Positions 40,800-56,172 of a stretch of 64,000 bases of DNA are shown here, one piece after another. The DNA is from Octopus vulgaris (Eukaryota), in NCBI GenBank assembly GCA_951406725.2, contig OX597843.1:7130001-7194000 (forward strand). Direction: 5' to 3'. The notes beneath the pieces were generated by a model. It worked only from the letters and a program-made list of their open reading frames with translations. It was not told the origin of the DNA and ran no database searches. How positions within the stretch are numbered: the stretch's first letter is position 1; every line of letters begins with the position of its first letter. The position numbers and the translations under genes are program-made.

Positions 40800-41710
40800 T
40801 GGGCAAGTGCCTTCTACAACATCGAATATTGTCAGTGTCGCAGGTTATCTCTGAGTTTCCCTCTCCTAGGGAAATGTTGTGATAACCACAGAGGGGCCTT
40901 GCACTCCCAGTGGGCCAACCGCTCGCCTGGACACCAACTCCGGTATTTCCATGTCTCTGTGCATATATATACATGGCTACATGCACTTGTACCCATCTTG
41001 TTGGATTGCCGTTGACTGCTCATGAGCTCTTCCGCCTTTTAACAGGTTTTATTTTTCGGCCTACACGATGTCCAGCAATCACCCTCTTCACCAAGCCAGC
41101 TTGATGGGGGTGGCTAGTTTAGTCGACCTGACCATGCAACAGGTTGTCATCATCATCATTGTTCGACCGTGGTCGAGACAATGGAATTTACCATGCTACG
41201 CCAGACTTCACGATCCATCATGGCATTACGGAGGATCTGTTGCTGGATGCCTGTATCCCTGGAGATTACATCAGGGTAGGAGAGTGTGCGCCCTCTGGCA
41301 TTGCGAGTAGGTGGCTTCCAGAGGAGGAGAGTAGAAATTACCTCTTTTTCAGCTCTACAACAATGTCCAGCACACTGGACTCTCCTACCTTTCACAAGAG
41401 ATGACACAGGTGGTAGTTTCTCATATATTTGCATTTTGGTTGGATGGCGCTTCCACGAGAGATTTTGAGCTCTCATAAGGAGGCGAGTGTAGGTTCCATC
41501 CAACCGCCTCTCAAGCTTCTTTGATAACGTCCAGGTTTCTGAGCCATACAGTAGAATTGGTTCGACTGTGGCTTTGAAGATTTCAAGTTTGAAGTCTCTA
41601 CTTAGATTTGATGACCAGATCTTATGCATGTCATTACAGGCTGACCAGGCCATACCCTTTCTAGTTGTACTGGGTTACCTGTTACCAGTAGCACCCAAGA
41701 GCCACCAGAC
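40800..41710 (-). mobile_element. RTE-type 5' leader element interrupted by an RTE 3' fragment
   Basis: The leader is homologous to 59330-59520 (GTGCTACTGGTAACA.GTAACCCAGTACAAC|CTGTTGCATGGTC). Confidence 0.7.
41148..41663 (-). mobile_element. RTE-clade LINE 3' fragment with (TGA)n tail and 5-bp TSD
   Basis: ORF 41156-41653 (KLEIFKATVEPILLYGSETWTL...AGHCCR...AMMDREVWR). GTTGT is duplicated at 41143-47 and 41664-68. Confidence 0.9.
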
Positions 41711-42395
41711 ATACACACATGCATGCATACATACACACATGCATGTATACATGCATGCGTACATGCATACATACATATATGCACACACACATACATACAA
41801 GAATGCATACATGAATGCATGCATATGATTTACGTGTATGTTTTTATGCACCAAGCACCTATAGGAGAGGATCTCTCGAGGCAAATAACGCAGTATTTGG
41901 TGTTGTAACAAAACACTCATGTTTAGTTGGATATAAAGATTACTTTTTGGTACTAATATTGCATCAGCCTTGTCACATATTTTTCATCACACTGAATCTC
42001 CCTGAGAACTACGTTAAATCTATGCGTGTCAGCCACTTGCAGGTTAATTTCACGTGTAGGCTGTCCCGTTGATCAAACCCACTGGAATGCGCATCGTTAT
42101 AATCGACGGAGCACCACTTGTGTGTGTATGTGTGTGTGTGCATGTACATTAATGCTTGTATGTATATATGTGTATATATGAGCGTAAGTGCATATGTGTA
42201 TATCTGTGTGTACATTGTGATAGTGCATGTGTGTATATATGAGTACGTATATGTGTGGGTTAGAGCATGTGTATATATATATATATGCATGTATATATAC
42301 GTGTATATATGTGTGTACATGTGCGTTAGTGCATGTGTGTATATATATGTATTTGTGCATGTGTATGTATATACTCATGTATATGCCTATGCGTG

Positions 42396-42600
42396 GAGGC
42401 GTGTGGTTTACTGGTTAGGGCGTTGTTCTCACGTTCCTAAGATTGCGGTTTCGATTCCTGGACTGTGTTGTGTGCTGTGTTTTTGAGCAAGACACTTCGT
42501 TTCACGTTGCTCCAGTCTACTCAGTTGGCAAAAATGAGTTTATCCTGCGACGGACGAGCGTCCCGTCCAGTGGAAGGGTGGAATGTGGGAATAGAGGGCG
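42396..42600 (+). mobile_element. tRNA-derived SINE family 3, 5' part
   Basis: tRNA-like head (GGTTTCGATTCC), then TTGAGCAAGACACTT...CTCCAGTCTACTCAG.TGGCAAAAATGAGT as in 46010-46330. 3' pieces lie at 24482-24596 and 41985-42118. Confidence 0.75.
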
Positions 42601-42880
42601 AGTATGCACGCCACGGAATCCGAGAAGGCGGCCCTTTGAGCTTAGGGCTCAGGAAGTATCTTTCATCCTTTCTTTTGGATATATTTACATGTGTAGTCAC
42701 GTATATGTTTGTATGCTTATGTGAATGCTTATGTGCATGTATGTCAGTATTCAGTTTATTTCAAGATTCCTTGCTAATAAAGGACCGGTTTCTAACCTAG
42801 ATGCAAGGCTCTTTCATTTGAAGAGTTTGTATGTATGTATGTACGTATGTACGTATGTATGTATGTATGTATGCATGCAT

Positions 42881-42911
<31 letters not shown>

Positions 42912-42912
<1 letters not shown>

Positions 42913-43136
42913 TTCCTTCCGGTCTTTCAAAATGTGACCTCGTGTGTACCGTTGGCGATTTTTTTCCTCTGTCTTCCCTTCTCTGGATCTTTCCTTCTCC
43001 TATGTTTCCGACGAAGAGCTCCGCTAGAAACGTTAAACCCTCCTTCTTTCCTTCTTTCCTGAGCGTCCAATAATACTATACTTGTTCCACGTCCTCGCGT
43101 TGTTGTGTTTTTTTGTGCTTTCTTGTTTGGATTAAC
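42912..43136 (+). mobile_element. Penelope-like pseudo-LTR fragment, copy 2, with hammerhead at 43004-43038
   Basis: Near-identical to 23346-23572; C>A at 43026 breaks the stem II closing pair; (TA)n on both sides. Confidence 0.75.
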
Positions 43137-43500
43137 TATATATATATATATATATATATATACATACATACATACATACACACACACACTTACATATTGG
43201 GGCGTAGGCTTGTGTATATGTATGTGTATGCATATATATGAATATTTTAACACATATATGCATGTATATGTATACATACACAAATACATACATGCATATA
43301 TACGTACGTACACAGATGCATACATAGCTGCATACAAGCCTATATACACACGTACATAGATACACATATATGCATACATACATATACAAGTACATGCATA
43401 CATATATATGTGTACGCATGATGTGTGTGCATGTATATACGCAAATATATATACACACACACATATATATATATATATACACATATATATATCTATATAT

Positions 43501-43533
<33 letters not shown>

Positions 43534-43558
43534 CACATATATATATATATCTATATAT

Positions 43559-43590
<32 letters not shown>

Positions 43591-44167
43591 GCACGCACTG
43601 TGTTGGTGTGTATCCCCAGCTGTCACCTTGAGCAGATCTTTCCTATCAGAGTGTTTATAAGTTGTCGATTTTCTATCATGTGTGTATAATGTGTATATAA
43701 ATTAAGAGATGGAAGAATTGAGAGAGAGAGAGAGAGAAGTGAGAGGTGGTTGTGATAGTGTTTGTAGGTGAGTGATGGTGTTGATGGCAAAGGGGGGGGG
43801 GGGAGAATAAAGGAAGAAGAGAGGAATAAAATGATGATGATGATGATGAAGACAAGGACGAGGAAGAAGGGGAGAACAAGAACAAGAAGGAAGAGGAGGA
43901 GGAGCAGGAAGAAGAAGAAGATGAAAAAGAAGAAGAAGAAGAACAACAACACTGGAAACAGAGAAGGAGAGCAAAGACGGACAGGAATGCCATGAACACG
44001 TTGTGTGTTTCTCAACTTGAAATCAATAGCCTAAACAGTGGAAAACTTGCATATGTCCTGACACCATATGTTGCCTTAAAATACCACGTGTGTTGGCATA
44101 TGTCACACACACTTTCTGTCTTTCTCTCTCAAACTATCTATTTGTCTGTGTGTCTGTCTGTCATCTG

Positions 44168-44352
<185 letters not shown>

Positions 44353-44768
44353 GTCTCGCTATCTATATATCTGTCTGTCTGAAGCGGTTTCGGAAGATAA
44401 ATATACGTTGGTATCACTATCAAATTTATCGTTTGTATAGATGAGAAGTTTGCATCCCAACCACATGGTTCCAGGTTCATTCACACTGTGTGGAATCTTG
44501 GGAAAGTGTCTTCTACTATAGCCTCGGGCTGACCAAAGCCTTGTGAGTGGATTTGGTTGACGGAAACTGAAAGAAGCCCATCGTCTTTTTGATGCGACTC
44601 TCTACTCTATACTGTTTTCTTCCTCCTTCTCTAATTCCCTTTTTCTCTCCCTCTCTCCTTCACCGTTTTCTATCTGTCTCTCTCTCCCCTCTTTCTCTTT
44701 CTCTCTTTCGTTGTTTCATACGTGACCATCGTTCATCTATCTTTTCCTCACGTAACCATTTTTCTCTT

Positions 44769-44846
<78 letters not shown>

Positions 44847-44851
<5 letters not shown>

Positions 44852-45188
44852 GGAGTGGCTGTGTGGTAAGTAGCATGCTTACCAACCGCATGGTTCCGGG
44901 TTCAGTCCCACTGCGTGGCATCTTGGGCAAAGCCTTGTGAGTGGATTTGGTAAACGGAAACTGAAAGAAGCCCGTCGTATATATGCATATATATGTGTGT
45001 GTGTATGTTTGTGTGTCTGTGTTTGTCCCCCTAGCATTGCTTGACATCCGATACTGGTGTATTTATGTCCCCGTCACCTAGCGATTCGGCAAAAGAGAGC
45101 GTTGGAGTAAGTACTAGGCTTACAAAAAATAAGGATGCTCGACTAAAGGCGGTACTCCAGCATGGCCGCAGTTAAACGACTGAAACAA
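44847..45188 (+). mobile_element. SINE family 1 (internal deletions); a further head fragment lies at 44445-44585
   Basis: Family match. Confidence 0.85.
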
Positions 45189-45189
45189 C

Positions 45190-45803
45190 TCCACTTTTGC
45201 CCGAACCGACCTTGAATACTGCTGTCCACTGTGGTCTCCCTACACAAAACAAAATATTATGAGAATTGAAGCTCCCCAAAGGTCAATCACAAAAAAGATA
45301 GATGGCATGTCAGACCTTGACTACTGGGGTAGACTAGAGAAGCTGAAACTGTATTCACTCCAACGACGCCGTGAACGCTACATTATCTGTATGATGTGGA
45401 AAATATTCCATCAGCACTGTCCGAATGATGTTGGCATCACCTTCAAAATACATCCAAGGCTTGGACCACGTGCCATCCGTCCACAATAAAAATCTAAATC
45501 GCATCCCATAACGACAATACGGCACAATTATTTCACCTCAATTGAACCCGCTCTCTTCAACATTACACCAGGACACGTCAAAACAGAAACTGACCACACA
45601 AAATTCAAGAAGTCTTTGGACAAATTCCTTCAAACAGTCCCGGACAAACTACCCAAACCCGGATATGTCTCCGCAAACAATAACTCTCTGTTCGAATGGG
45701 CCTCGGTGCCCAAATCCTGAATTGAAGGACTTCGCCAGGTGGTGCTATTAAGTTAGACATGGCCTGGGCCAATACTGGCCAAAACCTTTCTAAGTTATTC
45801 TAA
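45190..45803 (+). mobile_element. Second CR1-clade LINE family, 3' fragment
   Basis: LEYCCPLWSP...QRSITKKI...DYWGRLEKLKLYSLQRRRERY; distinct 3' end with a TTCTAAG repeat. Confidence 0.9.
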
Positions 45804-45941
45804 GTTATATATATATATAGTAGGCTGTTCCATTGAATCGGATCGACTGGAACCCTTGTCGACGTAACCGATGGAGTAACAGTATGTATGTATGTATGTA
45901 TGTATGTATGTATGTATGTATGTATGTATGTATGTATGTAT

Positions 45942-46008
<67 letters not shown>

Positions 46009-46009
46009 A

Positions 46010-46330
46010 ACTGTTACTCCATTGGTTACGTCGACAAGGGTTCCAGTCGATCCGATTCAACGGAACAGTCTACTCGTGAACTTAGCCCGCAAGTGGCTGA
46101 GTATTCCACAGGCTCACGTACCCTTAACGTAGTTCTCAGCATGACACAGAATGTGACATTGCTGGCTCCCCTTCTGAGTTACAGCTACAACTCATTTTTG
46201 CCAGCTGAGTAGACTGGAGTAGACTGAGCAAATGAAGTGTCTCGCTCGAGGACACGGCGTGCCGCTGGGAATCGAACGCACGACTTTATGATCGTGATCC
46301 AAATGTCTTAACCACTGAGTTTCGCGCCTA
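46010..46330 (-). mobile_element. SINE family 3, near full length
   Basis: Head CTCAGTGGTTAAG...GTTCGATTCCC through tail GTAACC.ATGGAGTAACAG. Confidence 0.8.
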
Positions 46331-49300
46331 CACACATACACACATGTATATGCGCGTGTGTATATGTTTTTAGATATAAGCACATGTATTCGATGCAACC
46401 ATATTTGAGCAACCATATGTTAATTTTAAATTATTTTTCCAGTATATACATGCATACGCATACATACATATACATATATACATACATGTAGATAAATACA
46501 TACATATACTTATATAGACATATAAGTACACACACACACACACACATATATTTCATATATTGGTAATTGGTATAGTTTACAGGTATTGATGTCAGAGTTA
46601 GTATGTGTCTGCGTGTATTTGTGTGTCTGTATATGTGTACCCTCCCCACACATATGTGTATTATGTATGTATGTATATGTATATGCATGGGTGTACACAC
46701 ACAAATACAGACAAACATATATATATATATATATACAGGCACAAACACTTGTGACACCAGGTTTCGGCAACAGCTGGGCCATTGTTTCGTTCTTTGTGGA
46801 TCACGGAGCTTTTCTAAAAATATTTACTTCAAATTCAATCTATTTGTGCATAATTGATAAGTCGATGGCTTTTAAATAGCTTTCGGGTGTCATGGCTTGT
46901 TTAATTCTTACCTACATAAGTACTGATAGCGATGGAAACGGGTGGGGAGAAACGCGAGGATACATTCATAGGCAAAAGTTCAATTGATTAGACCAAATAA
47001 AATCGAAACGCCGGTGTCTGACGACCTACCATGTTCTGAATGAAACTCTGTGTTTTTCACTCACAGCGGTTTTTGGAGAAGTTTCTCTGCGACAAAATAG
47101 TACGGCTTGTGACCTTTCACATTTGTATATACCTAAATGTTTGCATTTTTAGTTGGCATACCGCATTTCGTTATGCAACAATAATATGCTACTAAGTATA
47201 TTAAAGACTTATAAGTCAATTCTTTGTCCTACCTGTGTTAGCAGTGCGATTCAATCACTTTTTAAAGTTAACTCTACAGATTTCCTATAGAAATTAAAGC
47301 CAACACTGAAAGTTACGACGTTTCTTATACAAAAACGTCTATGTAAACAACGCGATCGATAATAGAAAAATAGGCAATGGGAGTATATGCATATTTCTTG
47401 TTCATCCTTCAGCACCACATCCAATCTTTGAGGAAGGCCAAAGAACCAGAAGTGCTCGTCTGAGAATTTGCTAAAGGGAAGCACTGGACAGATACGGTGT
47501 CTTTATACTTTTTAACACAAATGAGATTTTTTATCCTTAGTAACTTCAGTGAATTTCGTTGCTATTATGCCTCGATGGTTGAGGCACAAATAGAGACACA
47601 CAAGCACGCACGCACATACATATACACACACACACATACACAGATACACACACAACGGGCTTCTTTCAGTTTCCGTCTACGAAATTGACTCACGAGGCTA
47701 TAGTAGAAGACACTTGCCTAAAGTGTCACGCAGTGGGAGTGAACCCACAATCATGTGGTTGGTAAGCAAGCTTCTTACCACACAGCCACATACATACATA
47801 CACACACACACACACATACATACATACGTGTGTGTGTGTATACACACATAACTATTTGCTCATTGTACTGCAGAGTCCATGGCCGAGTACTCCACATACC
47901 GTTGCGCGTTTAACGTAATTCTCAGATAAGCTTGTTGGTTAAAAAGTGGTTAAACAGTGCGTCGCAAAAAACACTGCTTTCGAATTCGTATGTACACTAC
48001 TTCCGGTTTGCAGAGATTTTATACATTTCGTTGAAAAAAATTTTTTAAAAATGACATAATAAAATTTACACAGAAAATAAAATTTACGTATAAATTAAAA
48101 CAGAAAGTAATTTCGTTCCCATAGCTACGGGTAGAATATTCCTCCTTAAAGTGTAATCAATGTGGGGACGAAAACGCTTCGCCGTGATTACGAAGGGAAC
48201 CTGCTAACCATTTATCCACGCCTGTACACACATACTCACATACATACTCTTACACACACACGTACACGCATATACACTTACAGGCATACACACGTACACA
48301 CATGCATATACACTTACACACACACATACTCTTACACACGCACGCACACATACACACTTAACACACACACTTACACATACATCCACACTTACACATACGC
48401 ATGCATGCACACACACTTATACACACACACACATACATACCAACACACATAAACATAAGAACACAAATATGCACTTGAACACACAAACATATTCTCATAC
48501 AAACACACCCGTCACAAACGCTATACATCCATACACACGGAGACACACACACATACGCCCATACACACGCAAACACAGACACACACCCTCACACACCAAC
48601 ACACGCACCCACACAGACCCACACACACGCTAACACGTATTCACACATGCATACACAGACTTTCGCACACAGACGAACCCACACACGCTCGTATACACAT
48701 CTAATATACACATGCAAATACATACATACGTACACACGTAGACGGGTGCAGAAGTTAGTCAATCAAGACAGGACAATAAGCAAAGAACAGCATATTGTTA
48801 AAAGTTGAGCTGTGTGTGTATGAGCGTGTGTGTATGAGCGTGTGTGTATGTGCGTGTGTGTATGAGCGTGTGTGTATGAGCGTGTGTGTATGTGCGTGTG
48901 TGTGTCAGTGTTGAAGCCGTTTCATAGCCTCCGGCGTTGTTCATCAGACAAAAGACTATATTAACTAGGATCGGCCTGTTTGCCTCCAAGCGATATAATT
49001 TTAAACAGCCGTCATCGCTATAAAGCACGAAAATTCAACAATACGTAAGAGGCGGCAGAGCATATTTACACCACACCGCACATTACAACACTGCACCACA
49101 CCACGCCATACCAAATCACATCACATCACACCAACACCACCAGCAACAACTACAACAACACCAACACCATCAACACCTCCATCACGGTACCAATCATTAC
49201 AACACCGCGACACACCACACAAGGCCACACCGGTACCACGCCATACCTATGCCAGAAAATGGAATTGTAGACAATACACTGCTCACCTATCCCATGACCA

Positions 49301-49699
49301 CCACTACTGCTTCCCCCATCACAATACAATCACTTTAGATCGCAGTTTTCTAAACACCACCCCGCCATCAACTTCAGTTTTTTTTTCTTGTCCATCCGAA
49401 ATTAAACACTTTTAAATATGTGTGCTTCAGAGTATGTATGTATAATAAATATGTGTGTATGTGCGTATACATGAATATACATATGTATGTGTGTGCATCT
49501 ATATATGTGTCTGAAGAGAGAAAGAGAGATATACATACATAGATAGTTATAGATAGACACTTACATACAAGCACACCGGCGAGGGCGCACAAACATTCTC
49601 TCTCACGCACACACACGCGCACGCACATAAATTAAGTCATTCACAGTAGCTTTCCGTCTATTCATCTGAGTCTATTCCAAGCATCCGTCCGTCAGACTG

Positions 49700-50062
<363 letters not shown>

Positions 50063-50533
50063 TCCACCAATCTCCGAATCGATTTTCATCCATATATCTG
50101 CATCTATAACTATCACTCCCCCCTCTCTCTCCCTCTTTCTCACTACACTCATATCTTTATCACACACACATACACATATACACACGTACACACGCTCGCG
50201 CACACACACTAATACAGATTCACACACCTATATGTGTATGTGTTCTTTCGCAAACACACCCTCAGTCATTCTCTATATACATTCATATACACAATACACA
50301 CACACACATACATACATGCATATATATGTATATATATATATACACACATACATATATACATAATGCATATATATAGATACATACACACGCATATATACAT
50401 ATATATATATATATTCATATATATATACACGTACCTATATACATACATACACACACACACACATATATATATATACACATACATATATATACACACACAT
50501 ATATATATATGATATATATATATATGATGTATA

Positions 50534-50601
<68 letters not shown>

Positions 50602-51008
50602 CACACTAGCGTTTGTGTGTGTATATACATACACACGAGCAATCAGCTGGTGCTGTCACCCTGGACAATACACCTTCCCACAATGCTTTGTACCGATGTA
50701 ATGAAACAACTTTATGGCACGGAATCTGATCTGTGTGTGAATATGTGTATATATATATGAACGTACGCATGCGTGTTTATGCATGAATGTGTATGTATGT
50801 GTGTGCGTGTGTGTGTGTGTGTGTGTAATTGTCTTGTGTGAAATGTAATGAACCTTGTTAATATACAATGTGTGTATATAACTATATATTCTGCTATGTA
50901 TAAAATAATACGTGTAATATACATACATACATACATACATACATATACATATATATGTATCTATTCCTATATATGTGTGTGTGTGTGTGTATATATACAT
51001 ATATACAC

Positions 51009-51860
51009 AGGAGTGGCTGTGTGGTAAGTAGCTTGCTAACCAACCACATGGTTCCGGGTTCAGTCCCACTGCGTGGCACCTTGGGCAGGTGTCTTCTGCT
51101 ATAGCCCCGGGTCGACCAATGCCTTGTGAGTGGATTTGGTAGACGGAAACTGAAAGAAGCCTGTCGTATATATGTATATATTTATATATGTGTGTGTGTG
51201 TATGTGTTTGTGTGTCTGTTTGTCCTCCTAGCATTGCTTGACAACCGATGCTGGTGTGTTTACGTCCCCGTCAATTAGCGGTTTGGCAAAAGAGACCAAT
51301 AGAATAAGTACTGGGCTTACAAAGAATAAGTCCCGGGGTCGAGTTGCTCGACTAAAAGGCGGTGCTCCAGCATGGTCGCAGTCAAATGACTGAAACAAGT
51401 AAAAAAAAAAATATATATACACATACACACACATATATTGTTTTATTCTTTTACTTGTTTCAGTCATCATTGCGGCAATGCTGGAGCACCGCCGTGAAGG
51501 GTCTTTGTCGAACAAATCGACCCCAGGAATTATTTCTTAAGTCACAGTACTTATTCTATCGGGCTGTTTGCCAAACCGCTAAGTTACGGGGACTTGAATA
51601 CACTAATACCAGTTGTCAAACGGTGATGGGGTGGGAAGGTAACGAGACACATATAGATATATGTATGTGTGTGTGTGTGTGTATACATATATATACACGA
51701 CGGACTTCTTTCAGTTTCCTGTCTGCTGAATCTACTCACAAGGCTTTGTTCGGCCCGAGGCTATAGTAGAAGACACTTGCCCAAGGTGCCACGCAGTGGG
51801 ACTGAACCCAGAACCATGTGGTTAGGAAGCAAATCTCTTAGCACACAGCCACTCCTGCAC
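51009..51860. mobile_element. Tail-to-tail SINE family 1 pair (51009-51400 +; 51425-51860 -)
   Basis: Two near-complete copies in inverted orientation about 25 bp apart. Confidence 0.9.
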
Positions 51861-51875
51861 CTCTCTCTCTCGATA

Positions 51876-51961
<86 letters not shown>

Positions 51962-52741
51962 GATCGATGGATAGATAGATATATATATATGTACATATAT
52001 TTATATGAGGATAATAATTAGGTAATAATTATTAAAATTATAATGAAGGGTATCTAAAAGATACCACCATGCTAGAGATAGCAGTCAAAACTTGACTCTA
52101 AAACAACTCCTGGTGGTGTATGAATATTTTATGATACCCTTAAGTATAATTTTAATGTACAGATTTATATATACACATTGACGTGGTGTGCAGCTGCGCC
52201 TTATAATACCTCCAAATGCGATGCCTGTTTGTCATAGGTGTATGCTATTGTATAATACATTACATAACGACTGCCGCATTCAGCAGGTGCATAGTTCGCC
52301 AACAGCACAGTGCATTTGTCGTTTGTCCAACGTGACATTTGTGTTGAGAAAGAGAACAAGTATTTTTTGGCAATTACATTTATAGATTACAGTTTTGCAA
52401 TTTTAGATTCCGTCTGCACTCTAGTTGCTGCTTCGTATTTACAAGACTTAAACAACAACAACACAAACACACGCACATATGTACGCATATCTGTTTATGT
52501 CATATACATACTTGTGTAGATATACATATACACACACACACACATATTTGTATAGATAAACATATACATACTTACATGCATACACACACACATACTTATA
52601 TAGATATACATATAGATACACACATACACAACATACATACGTACATACACACATACATACATATTGATACATGAAGATACCCAAAACAAGGTTTGAATAC
52701 TACTTTTGAAAGTCTCTTATTTAAACTTCAGTTTTAAGTTA

Positions 52742-52807
<66 letters not shown>

Positions 52808-52899
52808 TTGTATGTATGTATATATATATGTATATGTACGAGGGGTATATATACGTATATAATTCCTTGTTTTAAGTGTTGCAACAAGCCTAGTTGGAC

Positions 52900-53060
52900 G
52901 CCCAACCTTCCGAATTATTTGACAGGGCTTAGAAAATCTTGAAGGACCGCTGCAATAAATGGATGAATCTGAGAGGAGAATATGTTGAATGAAATCATAA
53001 TTAACTGATCCTCTTGTATTTTCTTTTATCCACAGCCAGGGACTTTTCAGCATCCTCTCT
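52900..53060 (+). mobile_element. Mariner 3' end remnant
   Basis: ...RCNKWMNLRGEYVE* followed by TIR-like GGACTTTTCAGCATCC. Confidence 0.6.
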
Positions 53061-53095
53061 CTCTTCTGTGTGTGTGTGTGTGTGTATATGTAGGT

Positions 53096-53157
<62 letters not shown>

Positions 53158-53489
53158 TCAAAATAAGCAACAAGAATATCTTCTTGTTGATTATTAATGA
53201 TATTGATGATGATGACGACGACAACGACGATGGTGTTGGTGAAGATGACAACCGTGATGATGATTACGACGACGATGATGAAGGTGATGACAAAGACGCA
53301 AATGATGATGACAGTGATGGTGTTGGTGACGATGAAGAGGACGGCGATGGGGATGGTTATGATGGCGACAATGACAACAGCGATGATTGTGACGGTGACT
53401 GCAGCAGCCGCTGCCATTACGATAATGATTATGATGATGATAATGGTGATGATGACGATGTTGATGATCAAGATGATGATGAAGATATA

Positions 53490-53893
53490 GGCATAGGAGT
53501 GGCTGTGTGGTAAATAGCTTGCTTACCAACCACATGGTTCCGGGTTCAGTCCCACTACTGGCACCCTGGGCAAGTGTCTTCTACTATAGTCTCACTCCGA
53601 CCAAAGCCATGTGAGTGGATTTGGTAGACGGAAACTATAAGAAGCCCGTCGTATATATGTATATATATGTATGTGTGTGTATATGTTTGTGTGTCTGTGT
53701 TTGTCCCACCAACATCGCTTGACAACCGATGCTGGTGTGTTTACTCCCGTAACTTAGTGGTTCGGCAAAAGAGACCGACAGAATAAGTACTAGGCTTACA
53801 AAGAATAAGTCCTGGGATCGATTTGTTCGACTAAAGGCGGTGCTGCAGCATGGCCACAGTCAAGTGACTGAAACAAGTAAAAGTGTAAAAGAG
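53490..53893 (+). mobile_element. SINE family 1, full length, inserted in a degenerate (GAT)n tract (53190-54130)
   Basis: Complete head, body and tail, with (GAT)n on both flanks. Confidence 0.9.
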
Positions 53894-54251
53894 TGAGAGA
53901 GAGTATGATGATGATGGTGGTGGTGATGATGACGATGTTGACGATGATGATCAAGATGATGATGATGAAGATGGTGATGATGATCATGATCAAGATCTTG
54001 ATGCAGCTGCTGATGATGATGATGACGATAATGACGATGATAATGGTGATGATGATAATTATGATGATGACGATGAGGATGGCGATGATGATAACGACGA
54101 CGATGGCACATGGCACATGATGGCGACGATCGTGTGGATGCTGCTGCTGCCGCAGATGGAGATCGTTTTGGCAAGGAATCTGTGTACTGAACATTTTTAC
54201 AAAACACGAATTTATTTGAAAAGCATCTTGTACGTTTACTGTTTCCAGTAT

Positions 54252-54348
<97 letters not shown>

Positions 54349-54457
54349 GTTGTTGTTGTAAGTTTTGAATAACGGCATTTGAATATTGTCCAAGAAAAAT
54401 TTCTTATGTGTGAGTTTTCACCACGAAACAGATGAAAGCAATGTTTTTCAGTCAATA

Positions 54458-54580
<123 letters not shown>

Positions 54581-54633
54581 ATGTATTTATGTATATATGT
54601 ATATTTGCATGCATATATGTTTGTGTGTATATA

Positions 54634-54667
<34 letters not shown>

Positions 54668-54702
54668 CATATACACATATAGATATTACACATATATATG
54701 GA

Positions 54703-54750
<48 letters not shown>

Positions 54751-54992
54751 TGCATATACGCATACACACATGTACATATACATTGGTATACATACTATAT
54801 CATGCATATATATATGTATGTATATTTATATAATATATATGTATGTATATTTATACGTGTATACATACGTGCTTATATATATGTATACATATATATATAT
54901 ATATACATATATAGATATGTATGTATATACATATATATATGCGTGTTTGTGTGTATATATAATATGCATATATACAGGAATATGTAGATATG

Positions 54993-55043
<51 letters not shown>

Positions 55044-55143
55044 TTACAGGTATGTATGTATGTCGGTATGTTTGTGTGCATTATGTATCTGTATAGCGAA
55101 AGCGAAGACGGAAGAGTAAAAGAACGCCAAATACAAAGCGAAG

Positions 55144-55200
<57 letters not shown>

Positions 55201-55421
55201 ACAGCAGCAGCAGCAACAAGGAGAGAAGGAAAAAGCAGAAGAAGAAGAAGAAGAAGAAGAAGAAGCAGGCGGGAAGCAGGTGCTTAGTACGAACTGTCGC
55301 AATTGAACATTCACAAAGAACTCGAAGCCAAAACATATGGTTCCTTCTTGGTGACAGAATTGGCGGCACAAGAAATATATATTTGAAGATTTTCTACCGT
55401 TTTTCCCCTCTTTTACTAGTC

Positions 55422-55463
<42 letters not shown>

Positions 55464-55608
55464 CCTTCGCCTTTTCTTATATTTAAAAAAAAAATTTTGT
55501 TTTTCGTGGTTTTGTCTGTGCCAAAGAAATTGATGTCAGAATCGATAAGGGAAACCAAACAAACCTGTTTTAAACCCTCATGCAATATTATATATATATA
55601 TATATATA

Positions 55609-55660
<52 letters not shown>

Positions 55661-55719
55661 AATGTGTCTGTGTGTGTATATATGTTTTTATATATGTGCG
55701 TGTGTGTTGTATGCGTGTA

Positions 55720-55929
55720 CTTTACTTGTTTCAGTCATTGACTGCGGCCATGCTGGAGCACCGCACTTTAGTCGAATCAGATCGACCCCCAGGACTTATT
55801 CTTTGTAAGCCTAGTACTTATTCTATCGGTCTTTATGTCGCACCGCTAAGTTACGGGGACCAAAACACACCAGCATCGGTTGTCAAGCGATGTTTTTTTT
55901 GGGGGGGCAAACGCCGACACACAACATAT

Positions 55930-55977
<48 letters not shown>

Positions 55978-56118
55978 GACGGGCTTCTTTCAGTTTCCGC
56001 CTACCAAATCCATTCACAAGGCTTTGGTCGACCCGAGGCTATATTAAAAGGCACTTGCCCAAGGTGTTACGCAGTGGGACTGAACCCGGAACCATATGGT
56101 TGGTAAGCCATTCCTACG

Positions 56119-56120
<2 letters not shown>
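55720..56120 (-). mobile_element. SINE family 1 (further 3' halves at 56490-56705 +, 58228-58385 -, 59900-60090 +)
   Basis: Family match. Confidence 0.85.

Positions 56121-56172
<52 letters not shown>

Noticed and set aside
48908-48951. Minus-strand CTGATGA...GAAACGGCTTC hammerhead-like motif
   Set aside because: Stem II is weak and stems I and III do not pair in register, so it cannot be distinguished from chance.
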